Assembly: GCA_037916495.1 (NCBI GenBank)
Contig: JBAIXP010000091.1
Coordinates: forward strand, 1-48,210
Origin: Thermoplasmata archaeon
GTDB lineage: Archaea > Thermoplasmatota > Thermoplasmata > Lutacidiplasmatales > UBA184
Direction: 5' to 3'
DNA length: 48,210 nucleotides
In this document: positions 35,801 to 43,033 of the stretch, one piece after another
Layout of the letters: each line of letters opens with the position of its first letter
Position numbering within the stretch: the first letter of the stretch is position 1
Made by a program: the position numbers and the translations under genes
The notes under the pieces: generated by a model
Databases searched by the model: none
Seen by the model: only the letters and a program-made list of their open reading frames with translations
What the model was told of the DNA's origin: nothing

Positions 35801-37063
35801 CTACGGGTAGAACCCGCGGATCTTCATCGCGTCGACGACGCGCTGGATCGCGAGGATGTAGGCGGCCGTGCGGTTGTGGACCTTGTGCTCGGTGGCGACG
35901 CGGTGGACGTCAGCGTAGGAGCGGGTCATGACGCGCTCGAGCCGGTCGTTGACCTCGGAGAGCGGCCAGAAGAACCCTTGGATGTCCTGCGCCCACTCAA
36001 AGTAGCTCACGGTGACGCCGCCCGCGTTCGCGAGGATGTCGGGCAGCACGGTGACCTTCTTCTGGAAGAGGATGGTGTCCGCCTCGGGGAGCGTCGGGCC
36101 GTTCGCCGCCTCCGCCACCATCTTCGCCTCGATGCGGTCGGCGTTCTTCGCCGTGATCTGGTTCTCGAGCGCCGCGGGGACCAGGATGTCGACCTTCGTC
36201 TCGAGGAGCTCCTCGTTCGTGATCGCCTTCGTGCCCGGGAAGCCGATCACCGAGCCGGTCTTCTGCTTGTACTCCTCGACGGCGTGCGGGTTCAGCCCGT
36301 CCGCCTTGTAGATCCCGCCCTTCGAGTCGGAGACGGCGACGATCGTCGCCCCCTGCTCGTCGTGGAGAAGGTTCGCGGCGACGCTCCCCGCGTTGCCGAA
36401 GCCCTGGACCGCGACCGTGCCGCCGCGGACCCGGATGCCGGCGTCCTTCGCGGACTCGCGGATGACGTAGGCGCAGCCCCGGCCGGTCGCTTCGCCGCGG
36501 CCTTCGCTGCCCCCGAGGCTGATCGGCTTACCGGTGACGACGCCCGGGACCGAGTAGCCCTTCTGCATCGAGTAGGTGTCCATGATCCAGGCCATCGTCT
36601 GGCTGTCGGTGTAGACGTCCGGCGCCGGGATGTCCATCTCCGGGCCGATGATCGAGCTGATCTCGCTCGCGTAGCGCCGCGTGAGGCGCTCGACCTCTCC
36701 CTTGCTCATCGCCTTCGGGTCGCAGACGACGCCGCCCTTCGCCCCGCCGTAGGGGATGTTGACGACCGCGCACTTCCACGTCATCCACGCGGCGAGCGCC
36801 CGGACCTCGTCCAGGGTCACCTGCGGGTGGTAGCGGATCCCGCCCTTGGTCGGGCCGCGCGCCATGTTGTACTGGACCCGGTGGCCGGTGAACACCCGGA
36901 AGCTTCCGTCGTCCAGCCGCACCGGGAAGTTCACGGTGAGCTCCCGCTTCGGGTGCTTCAGCACCTCGCGGAGCCCGCCGTTGATCCCGATGATGTCGGC
37001 GACAATATCGATCTGCTTGCGCGCGGTCTCGAACGGATTGACAGCGGAACCATCCTTCGGCAT
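35801..37063 (-). CDS. gdhA: Glutamate dehydrogenase
   Basis: ATG at 37063. GPTKGGIRYHP, KCAVVNIPYGGAKGG (catalytic Lys region), GFGNAG Rossmann motif. Confidence 0.9.
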   Translation of the reverse strand: MPKDGSAVNPFETARKQIDIVADIIGINGGLREVLKHPKRELTVNFPVRLDDGSFRVFTGHRVQYNMARGPTKGGIRYHPQVTLDEVRALAAWMTWKCAVVNIPYGGAKGGVVCDPKAMSKGEVERLTRRYASEISSIIGPEMDIPAPDVYTDSQTMAWIMDTYSMQKGYSVPGVVTGKPISLGGSEGRGEATGRGCAYVIRESAKDAGIRVRGGTVAVQGFGNAGSVAANLLHDEQGATIVAVSDSKGGIYKADGLNPHAVEEYKQKTGSVIGFPGTKAITNEELLETKVDILVPAALENQITAKNADRIEAKMVAEAANGPTLPEADTILFQKKVTVLPDILANAGGVTVSYFEWAQDIQGFFWPLSEVNDRLERVMTRSYADVHRVATEHKVHNRTAAYILAIQRVVDAMKIRGFYP

Positions 37064-37136
37064 ACGCCTACCTCTGGTTGGCTGCCGTGACCCGGGCCCC
37101 CCTACTTGAGCGTAGCGTGGGCCGAGACACACCCCG

Positions 37137-38141
37137 TCACGGGCGCGGTCGCGGGGGGGTTCCGAACGGCCGCCAACCCCCGGGCGGCATCGGACCGACG
37201 CCGTCGGGCGTGCGGAGGAACGCGCCGCGGCCCCGGCGCACGACCCCGACGACCGAGAGCGGCGTGCCGACGCGCTCGAGCGCGCGCCGGGCGGCGGGAA
37301 GCCGCCGAGGCGCCACGGCGGCGAAGAGCTCGTAATCCCCTCCGTAGAAGGCAAGGCGTCGTCGCCGCTCCGGCGGCAGCGGGGCGAGCCGCCGGTCCCA
37401 CGGGAAGCTCGCTTCGTTGAGTTCAACCCGCACCCGGCTCGCCTCGGCGAGGAGGGTCGCCGAGTCCGCGAGGCCGTCGGAGGTGTCGAGCATCGCGTGC
37501 GCGAGGGGGGCGAGCGCGAGCCCTTCGGCGACCCGCGGCCGCACCTCGAGCATCTCGCGGACCGCCCGTTCCCGACGGGCGCCGTTCGTGCCGAGCCCGA
37601 GGGACGACGCGCCCCCCCGCCCGACCGAGCCGGTCGTGACGAGAAGGTCGCCCGGGCGGGCGGTGGAGCGTGCCACGAGCGTCCGGGCGTCGCCCCAGCC
37701 GAGGACGGTCCCGACCACGGTCGGGGTCCCACCGGCCTTGGTGTCCCCTCCGACCAGGTGCGCCCCGTGCCGCGCGGCAAGGCGCTCCGCCCCGAGCACG
37801 ACGCGCCGGGCCCACGCCTCGGGCGTTCCCGGACGGACGATCAGCGCGAGCAGGAGGGCCGCCGGGCGGGCCCCCTTCGAGGCGACGTCGGAGAGGCCGA
37901 CCGCGGCCGCGGCGCCTCCGACGAGCTCGGGCGGGCTCTCGCGCAGGAAGTGCCAGCCCTCGACGAGCGTGTCGGTGGAGACGACCGCGCGCGCGCCCCG
38001 GGGGACCTCGAGCGCGGCGGCATCGTCCCCCAGCGGAAGGAGCGGTCGGCGGCCCCACGGGAGGGTCCGGGCGAGCCAGGCGTGGAACGCCCGCTCCGAG
38101 AGCGGGGGGGAGGCGGAGCGCCGGGCGGGTCGTCGCGTCAC
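37137..38141 (-). CDS. thiL: Thiamine-monophosphate kinase
   Basis: The GTG at 38141 overlaps the acyl-CoA dehydrogenase stop (GTGA). GDDAAAL, STDTLVEGWHF, LSDVASKGA, GGDT, DTSDGLA are AIR-synthase-like ThiL motifs. Confidence 0.8.
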   Translation of the reverse strand: MTRRPARRSASPPLSERAFHAWLARTLPWGRRPLLPLGDDAAALEVPRGARAVVSTDTLVEGWHFLRESPPELVGGAAAAVGLSDVASKGARPAALLLALIVRPGTPEAWARRVVLGAERLAARHGAHLVGGDTKAGGTPTVVGTVLGWGDARTLVARSTARPGDLLVTTGSVGRGGASSLGLGTNGARRERAVREMLEVRPRVAEGLALAPLAHAMLDTSDGLADSATLLAEASRVRVELNEASFPWDRRLAPLPPERRRRLAFYGGDYELFAAVAPRRLPAARRALERVGTPLSVVGVVRRGRGAFLRTPDGVGPMPPGGWRPFGTPPRPRP

Positions 38142-39328
38142 TTGTACGGGACGAACTCCTTGCCGAGGAGCTCGCGCCCGAGGATGATCCTCATGATGTT
38201 GAGGCCTCCCTCGGCCCCGACCAGGTAGCTGGTGACCCCGCGCAGACCGAGCTCGAGCCCGACGTCCTTGGTGTAGCCCGCCGCGCCGTACCACATCATC
38301 ACGCGCTTCACGCACTCGAAGGCGATCTGCGGCGCGGTGAGCTTCACCGAGGCGACCGCCAGGTTCACCTCGGAGCGGTAGGCCTTGTCCGAGCGGCTTG
38401 CGGCCTGGTCGAGGAGCCACGCCGCCCGGCGGCACTGCCACTTCACCGCCTCGACCTGCGTGTAGAGGTCGGCGAGCTCGAACTGGATCGCCTCGAACTT
38501 CCCGAGCGGCTGGCCGAACGCTCGCCGCTCCTTGATGTAGCTCGTGCCGGCCTCGAGCGCGCGTTCGGCCGCCCCGACGCACGCCGCGCTCACGAACGTT
38601 CGGGCGGCCGAGAACCCTTCCATCGCGATCTCGAAGCCCTTGCCTTCCGTGCCGACCAGGTTGCGCTCGGGGACGCGCGCGTCGTCGTAGGTGAGCGCCC
38701 CGGTCGAGATCCCCATGCGACCCATGTTGTCGAACTTCTGGGTCTGGATCCGCTCCGCGCGGGTCGGCACGTAGAGGAAGTTGAACCCGCCGGCGGCCGC
38801 CTTGCTGAGCGTGAGATGGCCCCCGCCGAGCCGCTTTGCCTCCTCGACGCCCGAAACGAACGCCTTCTCGCCGCGGAGGACGAACTCCGTCCCGTCCCGC
38901 CGTGAGGTCGTCCGCATGTTGGCGAGATCGCTCCCGCCCGTCGGCTCGGTCGTCGCGACGCCCAGGAACGCCTCGCCCCGGGTGACCCGCGGAAGGACCT
39001 CGCGCTTCGTCGCCTCGGTGCCGTGGCGGGCGAGGATCTGGCCCCAGCCGGCCTCGAGAAGGAAGAAGACGGCCGTCGCCATGGAGAAGTCGCCGCGTCC
39101 GACCTCCTCCGCGGCGATCTCGGTGAGGACGGCGGAGGCGCCCATCCCCCCGAACTCCTCGGGAACCGGCATCGCGAGGAGCCCGAGCTCCGCCATCGGC
39201 CGGAGGACCTCGGGGGGGATCGTCCCCGCGGCGTCCAAGGCCCGCTCGCGCGGCCGCAGCACCTTGTCGCCGAAACGTCGGACCGCCTCCTGGAACGCCC
39301 GCTCCTCGTCGCTCAGCCGGAAATCCAT
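38138..39328 (-). CDS. Acyl-CoA dehydrogenase
   Basis: 396 aa. MDFRLSDEERAFQEAV..., TEPTGGSDLANM, and YEGAxxI-type C-terminus VGAEGGLNIMRIILGREL. Confidence 0.85.
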   Translation of the reverse strand: MDFRLSDEERAFQEAVRRFGDKVLRPRERALDAAGTIPPEVLRPMAELGLLAMPVPEEFGGMGASAVLTEIAAEEVGRGDFSMATAVFFLLEAGWGQILARHGTEATKREVLPRVTRGEAFLGVATTEPTGGSDLANMRTTSRRDGTEFVLRGEKAFVSGVEEAKRLGGGHLTLSKAAAGGFNFLYVPTRAERIQTQKFDNMGRMGISTGALTYDDARVPERNLVGTEGKGFEIAMEGFSAARTFVSAACVGAAERALEAGTSYIKERRAFGQPLGKFEAIQFELADLYTQVEAVKWQCRRAAWLLDQAASRSDKAYRSEVNLAVASVKLTAPQIAFECVKRVMMWYGAAGYTKDVGLELGLRGVTSYLVGAEGGLNIMRIILGRELLGKEFVPYK

Positions 39329-39435
39329 CGTCCCGCGCGCGGACGGAGCCCCGAGGATTTAGCCTTCCCCCGCGGGGCGTGCGCGTCGGGAACGTCTTTA
39401 TGCGCGCCGGGCTCGACACCCCGCGCAGGACCGAG

Positions 39436-40461
39436 ATGGCCAAGATCCGGGTGGCGGTCAACGGGTTCGGCACGATCGGGAAACGCGTCGCGGACGCCGT
39501 GACCCGCCAGCCGGACATGGAGCTCGTGGGCGTGGCGAAGACCCGTCCGAGCTTCGAGGCGCGCCGGGCCGCCGAGCGCGGCTACCGGATCTTTGTCGCG
39601 GGGGGCGGAAAGCGCGAGGAGTTCGCTTCGGCCGGGCTCCCGATCGCCGGAACCCTTCCCGAGCTCCTCGCCTCGTGCGACGTGGTGGTCGACTCGACCC
39701 CGGAGAAGGTCGGCCGGGCGAACCGCAAGATGTACGCCGACGCGCACATCCGCGCGGTCTTCCAGGGCGGGGAGGATGCCGATGTCGCCGAGGCGTCCTT
39801 CAACGCCCTCGCGAACTACGACGCCTGCCGCGGCAAGAAGACCTTGCGCGTGGTCTCGTGCAACACGACCGGCATCGCGCGCGCCGCCTCCGTCCTCGTC
39901 CCCCGCTGGGGGGTCGCCCACTGGGAGGTGACGCTCGTGCGCCGGGCCGCGGACCCGGCGGAGTCGAAGAAGGGACCGGTGAACGGGATCCTGCCGACGT
40001 TCAAGATGCCGTCCCACCACGGACCGGACGTCCGGACGATCTTTCCCGACCTTCCGATCGCCACGACGGCGCTCGTGGTCCCGACGACGCTCATGCACGT
40101 CCACGTGAACCACGTCCGTCTCGCCCGCGCGCCGGCGAGCTCCTCCGAGCTCCTCGCCGCCTTCCGCGGGACCCCGCGGTTCCACCTCTTCGCCCCGTGG
40201 GAGGGGGTCGAGGGGACGCCGCAGGTGATGGAGTACGCGCGCGACCGCGGGGTCGGCTTCAACGACATGATGGAGAACGTCCTCTGGGAGAGCGGGCTCC
40301 GGGTCGAGGACCGGGACGCCTACTTCTTCCAGGCGATCCACCAGGAGTCGATCGTGGTCCCCGAGAACATCGACGCGATCCGCGCGATGTTCGACCTTGC
40401 CCCGAACGGGGCCGCCTCGATCGCGACGACCGACCGGGCGCTCGGGCTCACGAAGGCCTAG
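39436..40461 (+). CDS. gap: Glyceraldehyde-3-phosphate dehydrogenase, archaeal type II
   Basis: ATG at 39436. VAVNGFGTIGKRVADAV, VVSCNTTG (catalytic Cys), PSHHGPDV. Confidence 0.9.
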   Translation: MAKIRVAVNGFGTIGKRVADAVTRQPDMELVGVAKTRPSFEARRAAERGYRIFVAGGGKREEFASAGLPIAGTLPELLASCDVVVDSTPEKVGRANRKMYADAHIRAVFQGGEDADVAEASFNALANYDACRGKKTLRVVSCNTTGIARAASVLVPRWGVAHWEVTLVRRAADPAESKKGPVNGILPTFKMPSHHGPDVRTIFPDLPIATTALVVPTTLMHVHVNHVRLARAPASSSELLAAFRGTPRFHLFAPWEGVEGTPQVMEYARDRGVGFNDMMENVLWESGLRVEDRDAYFFQAIHQESIVVPENIDAIRAMFDLAPNGAASIATTDRALGLTKA

Positions 40462-40515
40462 CCGAACGACGGGAAACCCGGGTCCCGCGGGCCGCGCCTT
40501 TTCGGCCGACCCCAA

Positions 40516-40526
40516 CTATGAAATAG
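40516..40526 (+). promoter_or_regulatory. TATA-like box CTATGAAATAG upstream of rpoE'
   Basis: AT-rich island 24 nt upstream of ATG 40550, a spacing that suggests a leaderless or near-leaderless mRNA. Confidence 0.35.
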
Positions 40527-40549
40527 CGGGCTAAACTCGCGCGCGGCGC

Positions 40550-41188
40550 ATGTATTACGTAGACCATCGCCGGGACGTCGTTCGCATCCCTCCGGCCCGT
40601 CTCGGGCCCGAGCTCGCGACCGTCCTGGTCGAGCTGGCCCAGCAGCAGTTCGAGGGCAAGCTCGTCGACGGCCAGAGCCTGGCCGTCACCATCCGCGACG
40701 TGAAGCCGATCGGCGAGGGTCACATCATCCACGGCGACGGGGGCGTCTACCAAGAGGTCGAGTACGAGGCGCTCCTCTTCCGGCCCGAGATCCAGGAGGT
40801 CGTCGAGGGGGCCGTCGTCGAGATCCGCAAGTTCGGCGCGTTCGTCCGGTTCGGCCCGCTGGACGGGCTCCTCCATGTCTCCCAGATCATGGACGACCGG
40901 GTGAACATTGACGAGCACAACCAGCGCCTGGTCGGTGTGGAGACCAAGCGCGACCTCAAGGTCGGCTACAAGGTCCGTTCCCGCGTCGTCTCGCTCTCCC
41001 TTTCCGAGATCAGCCCCCGCGACAGCCGCATCGGCCTCACGATGCGCCAGCCGGCGCTCGGGCGGTTCGAGTGGATCCAGGAGGCGCACCGCCGCTCCGA
41101 GGAGAAGTCGGGGAAGAAGCCGGCCGCCCCGTCCGGGGCCAAGAAGTCGTCGAAGTCGGCGGGCAAGGAAGCCCCCGCCGCGGGGTGA
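40550..41188 (+). CDS. rpoE: DNA-directed RNA polymerase subunit E' (Rpo7) with Lys/Ser/Ala-rich C-terminal tail
   Basis: N-terminal Rpo7 domain plus S1 domain (VVEGAVVEIRKFGAFVRFGPLDGLLHVSQI). First gene of the conserved rpoE'-spt4-DUF359-S24e-S27ae order. Confidence 0.85.
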   Translation: MYYVDHRRDVVRIPPARLGPELATVLVELAQQQFEGKLVDGQSLAVTIRDVKPIGEGHIIHGDGGVYQEVEYEALLFRPEIQEVVEGAVVEIRKFGAFVRFGPLDGLLHVSQIMDDRVNIDEHNQRLVGVETKRDLKVGYKVRSRVVSLSLSEISPRDSRIGLTMRQPALGRFEWIQEAHRRSEEKSGKKPAAPSGAKKSSKSAGKEAPAAG

Positions 41189-41194
41189 GCGGTC

Positions 41195-41380
41195 GTGATC
41201 AACCTCAAGGCGTGCAAGAGCTGCAACACGGTCACCGACCAGCCGAAGTGCCCGAAGTGCGGCGGCGAGGTCTCGCGCGAGTGGCAGGGCTACCTCGTGG
41301 TCATCGATCCGGAGAAGTCCGAGATCGCCCGAAAGATGGGGATCCGTGCGGCGGGTCGTTACGCGCTCCGCGTCAAGTGA
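41195..41380 (+). CDS. spt4: Transcription elongation factor Spt4 (RpoE'')
   Basis: 61 aa, GTG start. Zn ribbon CKSC...CPKCG, followed by W.G.v.I.DPe.S.iA. Confidence 0.8.
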   Translation: MINLKACKSCNTVTDQPKCPKCGGEVSREWQGYLVVIDPEKSEIARKMGIRAAGRYALRVK

Positions 41381-41903
41381 ACGGCGCGTCTGGGTCGTCC
41401 CCGAGGCGCTGCGGCCGACGCTCGCCGAGCGCTACGGGCCGGTCTACGCGGGGGCCGACGCCGACCGACGGATCGCCGCCTTAGGAACGTTCGGCTCCTG
41501 CGGCGACCTTGTGACCGCCCGGGCCCTCGAGCTCGGCCACCCGCCGCTCGTGGGCATCGTCGACTACAAGACCCGACGCGGCGAGCCGATCCCGCCCGAC
41601 CGGTTCCGCGACCTCGCCGCCCGCGGGCTCCTCCGCGCCCGCAACCCGCCCGGTCAGCTCACGGAGGAGCTGCGAACGGCGGTGCGGATGACGATCGAAT
41701 CGGGCGGGGGGCTCGTCGAGGTCGACGGCGAGGAGGACCTCGGTTCCCTCGCCCTCGTCGAATCGCTCCCGGACGGGGCGACCGTTATATACGGCATCCC
41801 GGGTGAGGGGGTCTCCTTCGTGCGGGTCGACGCCGTCTCGAAGGCCCACGTCCGCAAACTCATCGCGCAAATGGAGCTCAGGAGGGTCGCCGGTGGAGAT
41901 TAG
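41346..41903 (+). CDS. DUF359 protein (GTP-dependent dephospho-CoA kinase family)
   Basis: The conserved position after spt4 and the motifs GDLVTARALELG, GIVDYKTRR and EEDLGSLALV support this call. The only in-frame start is GTG 41346, which overlaps spt4 by 35 nt. The start is uncertain. Confidence 0.65.
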   Translation: MRRVVTRSASSERRVWVVPEALRPTLAERYGPVYAGADADRRIAALGTFGSCGDLVTARALELGHPPLVGIVDYKTRRGEPIPPDRFRDLAARGLLRARNPPGQLTEELRTAVRMTIESGGGLVEVDGEEDLGSLALVESLPDGATVIYGIPGEGVSFVRVDAVSKAHVRKLIAQMELRRVAGGD

Positions 41904-42279
41904 GGTCCTCGATCAGAAGACCAACCCCCTGCTGAAGCGTCAGGAGATCCGGTTCGAGGTGACCCACGCTACGGCCGCGACGCCCCAGCGCGACGCGGTG
42001 CGCGGCGAGCTCGCGAAGCTCCTCAAGGCCCCGAAGGACCGGGTCGTCGTCGAGCGGATGCACGCGAGGTTCGGGACCGCCGTGACGCTCGGCTCCGCGA
42101 ACATCTACGACTCGGCGGACGCCGCGAAGGCGATCTCGCGCGAGCACATCCTCGTGCGCAACGGACTCAAGGAGAAGGAGGCCGCAAAGGCGCCCGCCGC
42201 CGAGGCCGCCCCGGCCGAGGCGAAACCGGCGGAAGCGAAACCGGCCGAAGCGCCCGCCCCCGCGCCCAAGAAGGAGTGA
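41893..42279 (+). CDS. rps24e: 30S ribosomal protein S24e with Ala/Pro/Glu/Lys-rich C-terminal extension
   Basis: GTG 41893. [25 protein letters not shown]...[15 protein letters not shown]. Tail [32 protein letters not shown]. Confidence 0.8.
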   Translation: MEIRVLDQKTNPLLKRQEIRFEVTHATAATPQRDAVRGELAKLLKAPKDRVVVERMHARFGTAVTLGSANIYDSADAAKAISREHILVRNGLKEKEAAKAPAAEAAPAEAKPAEAKPAEAPAPAPKKE

Positions 42280-42286
42280 GGTCCCG

Positions 42287-42487
42287 ATGGCGAAGGCCCG
42301 CGTGGGGCTCTACAACGCGACCGACACCGGGATCGAGCGCACCCACCGCAGCTGCCCGAAGTGCGGCCCGGGGATCTTCCTCGCCGAGCACGCGAACCGC
42401 CGCTCGTGCGGAAAGTGCGGCTACTCCGAATCGAAGTCCCCCGGGGCCGCCGGTGGCCCGAAGGGAAAGTCCCCGAAGGGCGCGTAG
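42287..42487 (+). CDS. rps27ae: 30S ribosomal protein S27ae
   Basis: 66 aa. Zn ribbon [24 protein letters not shown]. Confidence 0.8.
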   Translation: MAKARVGLYNATDTGIERTHRSCPKCGPGIFLAEHANRRSCGKCGYSESKSPGAAGGPKGKSPKGA

Positions 42488-42565
42488 ACCCCGCGCGGTC
42501 GACCGCAGGGCGGCGACCAGCCCCAAGGGTCAAGAGCCGAACCTTTCTCCGTGCGCCCCGCGCGC

Positions 42566-42639
42566 GGGCCCGTAGTATAGCTTGGACATCACGGAGGCCT
42601 CCGGAGCCTCAAACCCGGGTTCGAATCCCGGCGGGCCCG
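42566..42639 (+). tRNA. tRNA-Arg (anticodon CCG), atypically weak D stem
   Basis: Acceptor GGGCCCG/CGGGCCC, anticodon arm GAGGC-CTCCGGA-GCCTC, T arm CCGGG-TTCGAAT-CCCGG, discriminator G. The D arm GTAT-AGCTTGGACA-TCAC gives only two Watson-Crick pairs. Confidence 0.75.
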
Positions 42640-42974
42640 TCGTCTTCTCGCGGGAGGGTGGCCGAAGGCCCGCGACCCGGACCGTGGCCGTCGGGATCGG
42701 ACCGCCAGCCGCTCGGCCGGGACTTCCGTCTCGGCACCGGGCGTCCGAGCGCACCGTTGCGCCCCCCGGCGAGATTGGCGGCCCCCGCGGTGGGCCCACG
42801 CCCGCCCCGCCTGTGTCTCCGGCCTTTGCCCCGAGTTCCGGCCCGACCCGCTCGGTCCCGCTCTTCCACCCCGAGGGTCGGCCGATCGGGTGGAGCCATT
42901 GTCGGCGGCCGCTTGACCGCGCTTCGCTGCGTTTTGTACCGTGAAACCTCACCGGTAAGGGCGCAAAACCTCGT

Positions 42975-42983
42975 GGAATATCT
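42975..42983 (+). promoter_or_regulatory. GGAATATCT motif upstream of surface protein gene, followed by TATA-like GATATATTC (42994-43002)
   Basis: The 9-mer lies 50 nt upstream of ATG 43034. The TATA-like box is centred ~36 nt upstream. The same 9-mer and spacing occur upstream of the 1450..3492 gene. Confidence 0.4.
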
Positions 42984-43033
42984 GCGCCTTCGGGATATAT
43001 TCATGTAGCGCGGGTCGGGTGTTGCTCGAACCC

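Noticed and set aside
38142-39518. Upstream 459 codons of the 793-aa ORF that contains thiL
   Set aside because: This part overlaps the acyl-CoA dehydrogenase gene in another frame and is R/G-rich. ThiL motifs begin right after the GTG at 38141, which forms a GTGA junction.
42530-42952. ORFs 42530..42952(-), 42582..42944(+) and 42361..43008(+)
   Set aside because: They overlap the tRNA-Arg gene or the S27ae gene and have low-complexity R/P/G translations. They are not credible coding sequences.
42640-43018. SRP RNA, RNase P RNA or C/D-box sRNA in the long spacer
   Set aside because: I could not find the conserved helix-8 GGAA/AGCA-type SRP motifs, the RNase P GGAAAGUCC/ACAGAAA-type motifs, or C (RUGAUGA) and D (CUGA) boxes by eye. 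This needs an Infernal scan.
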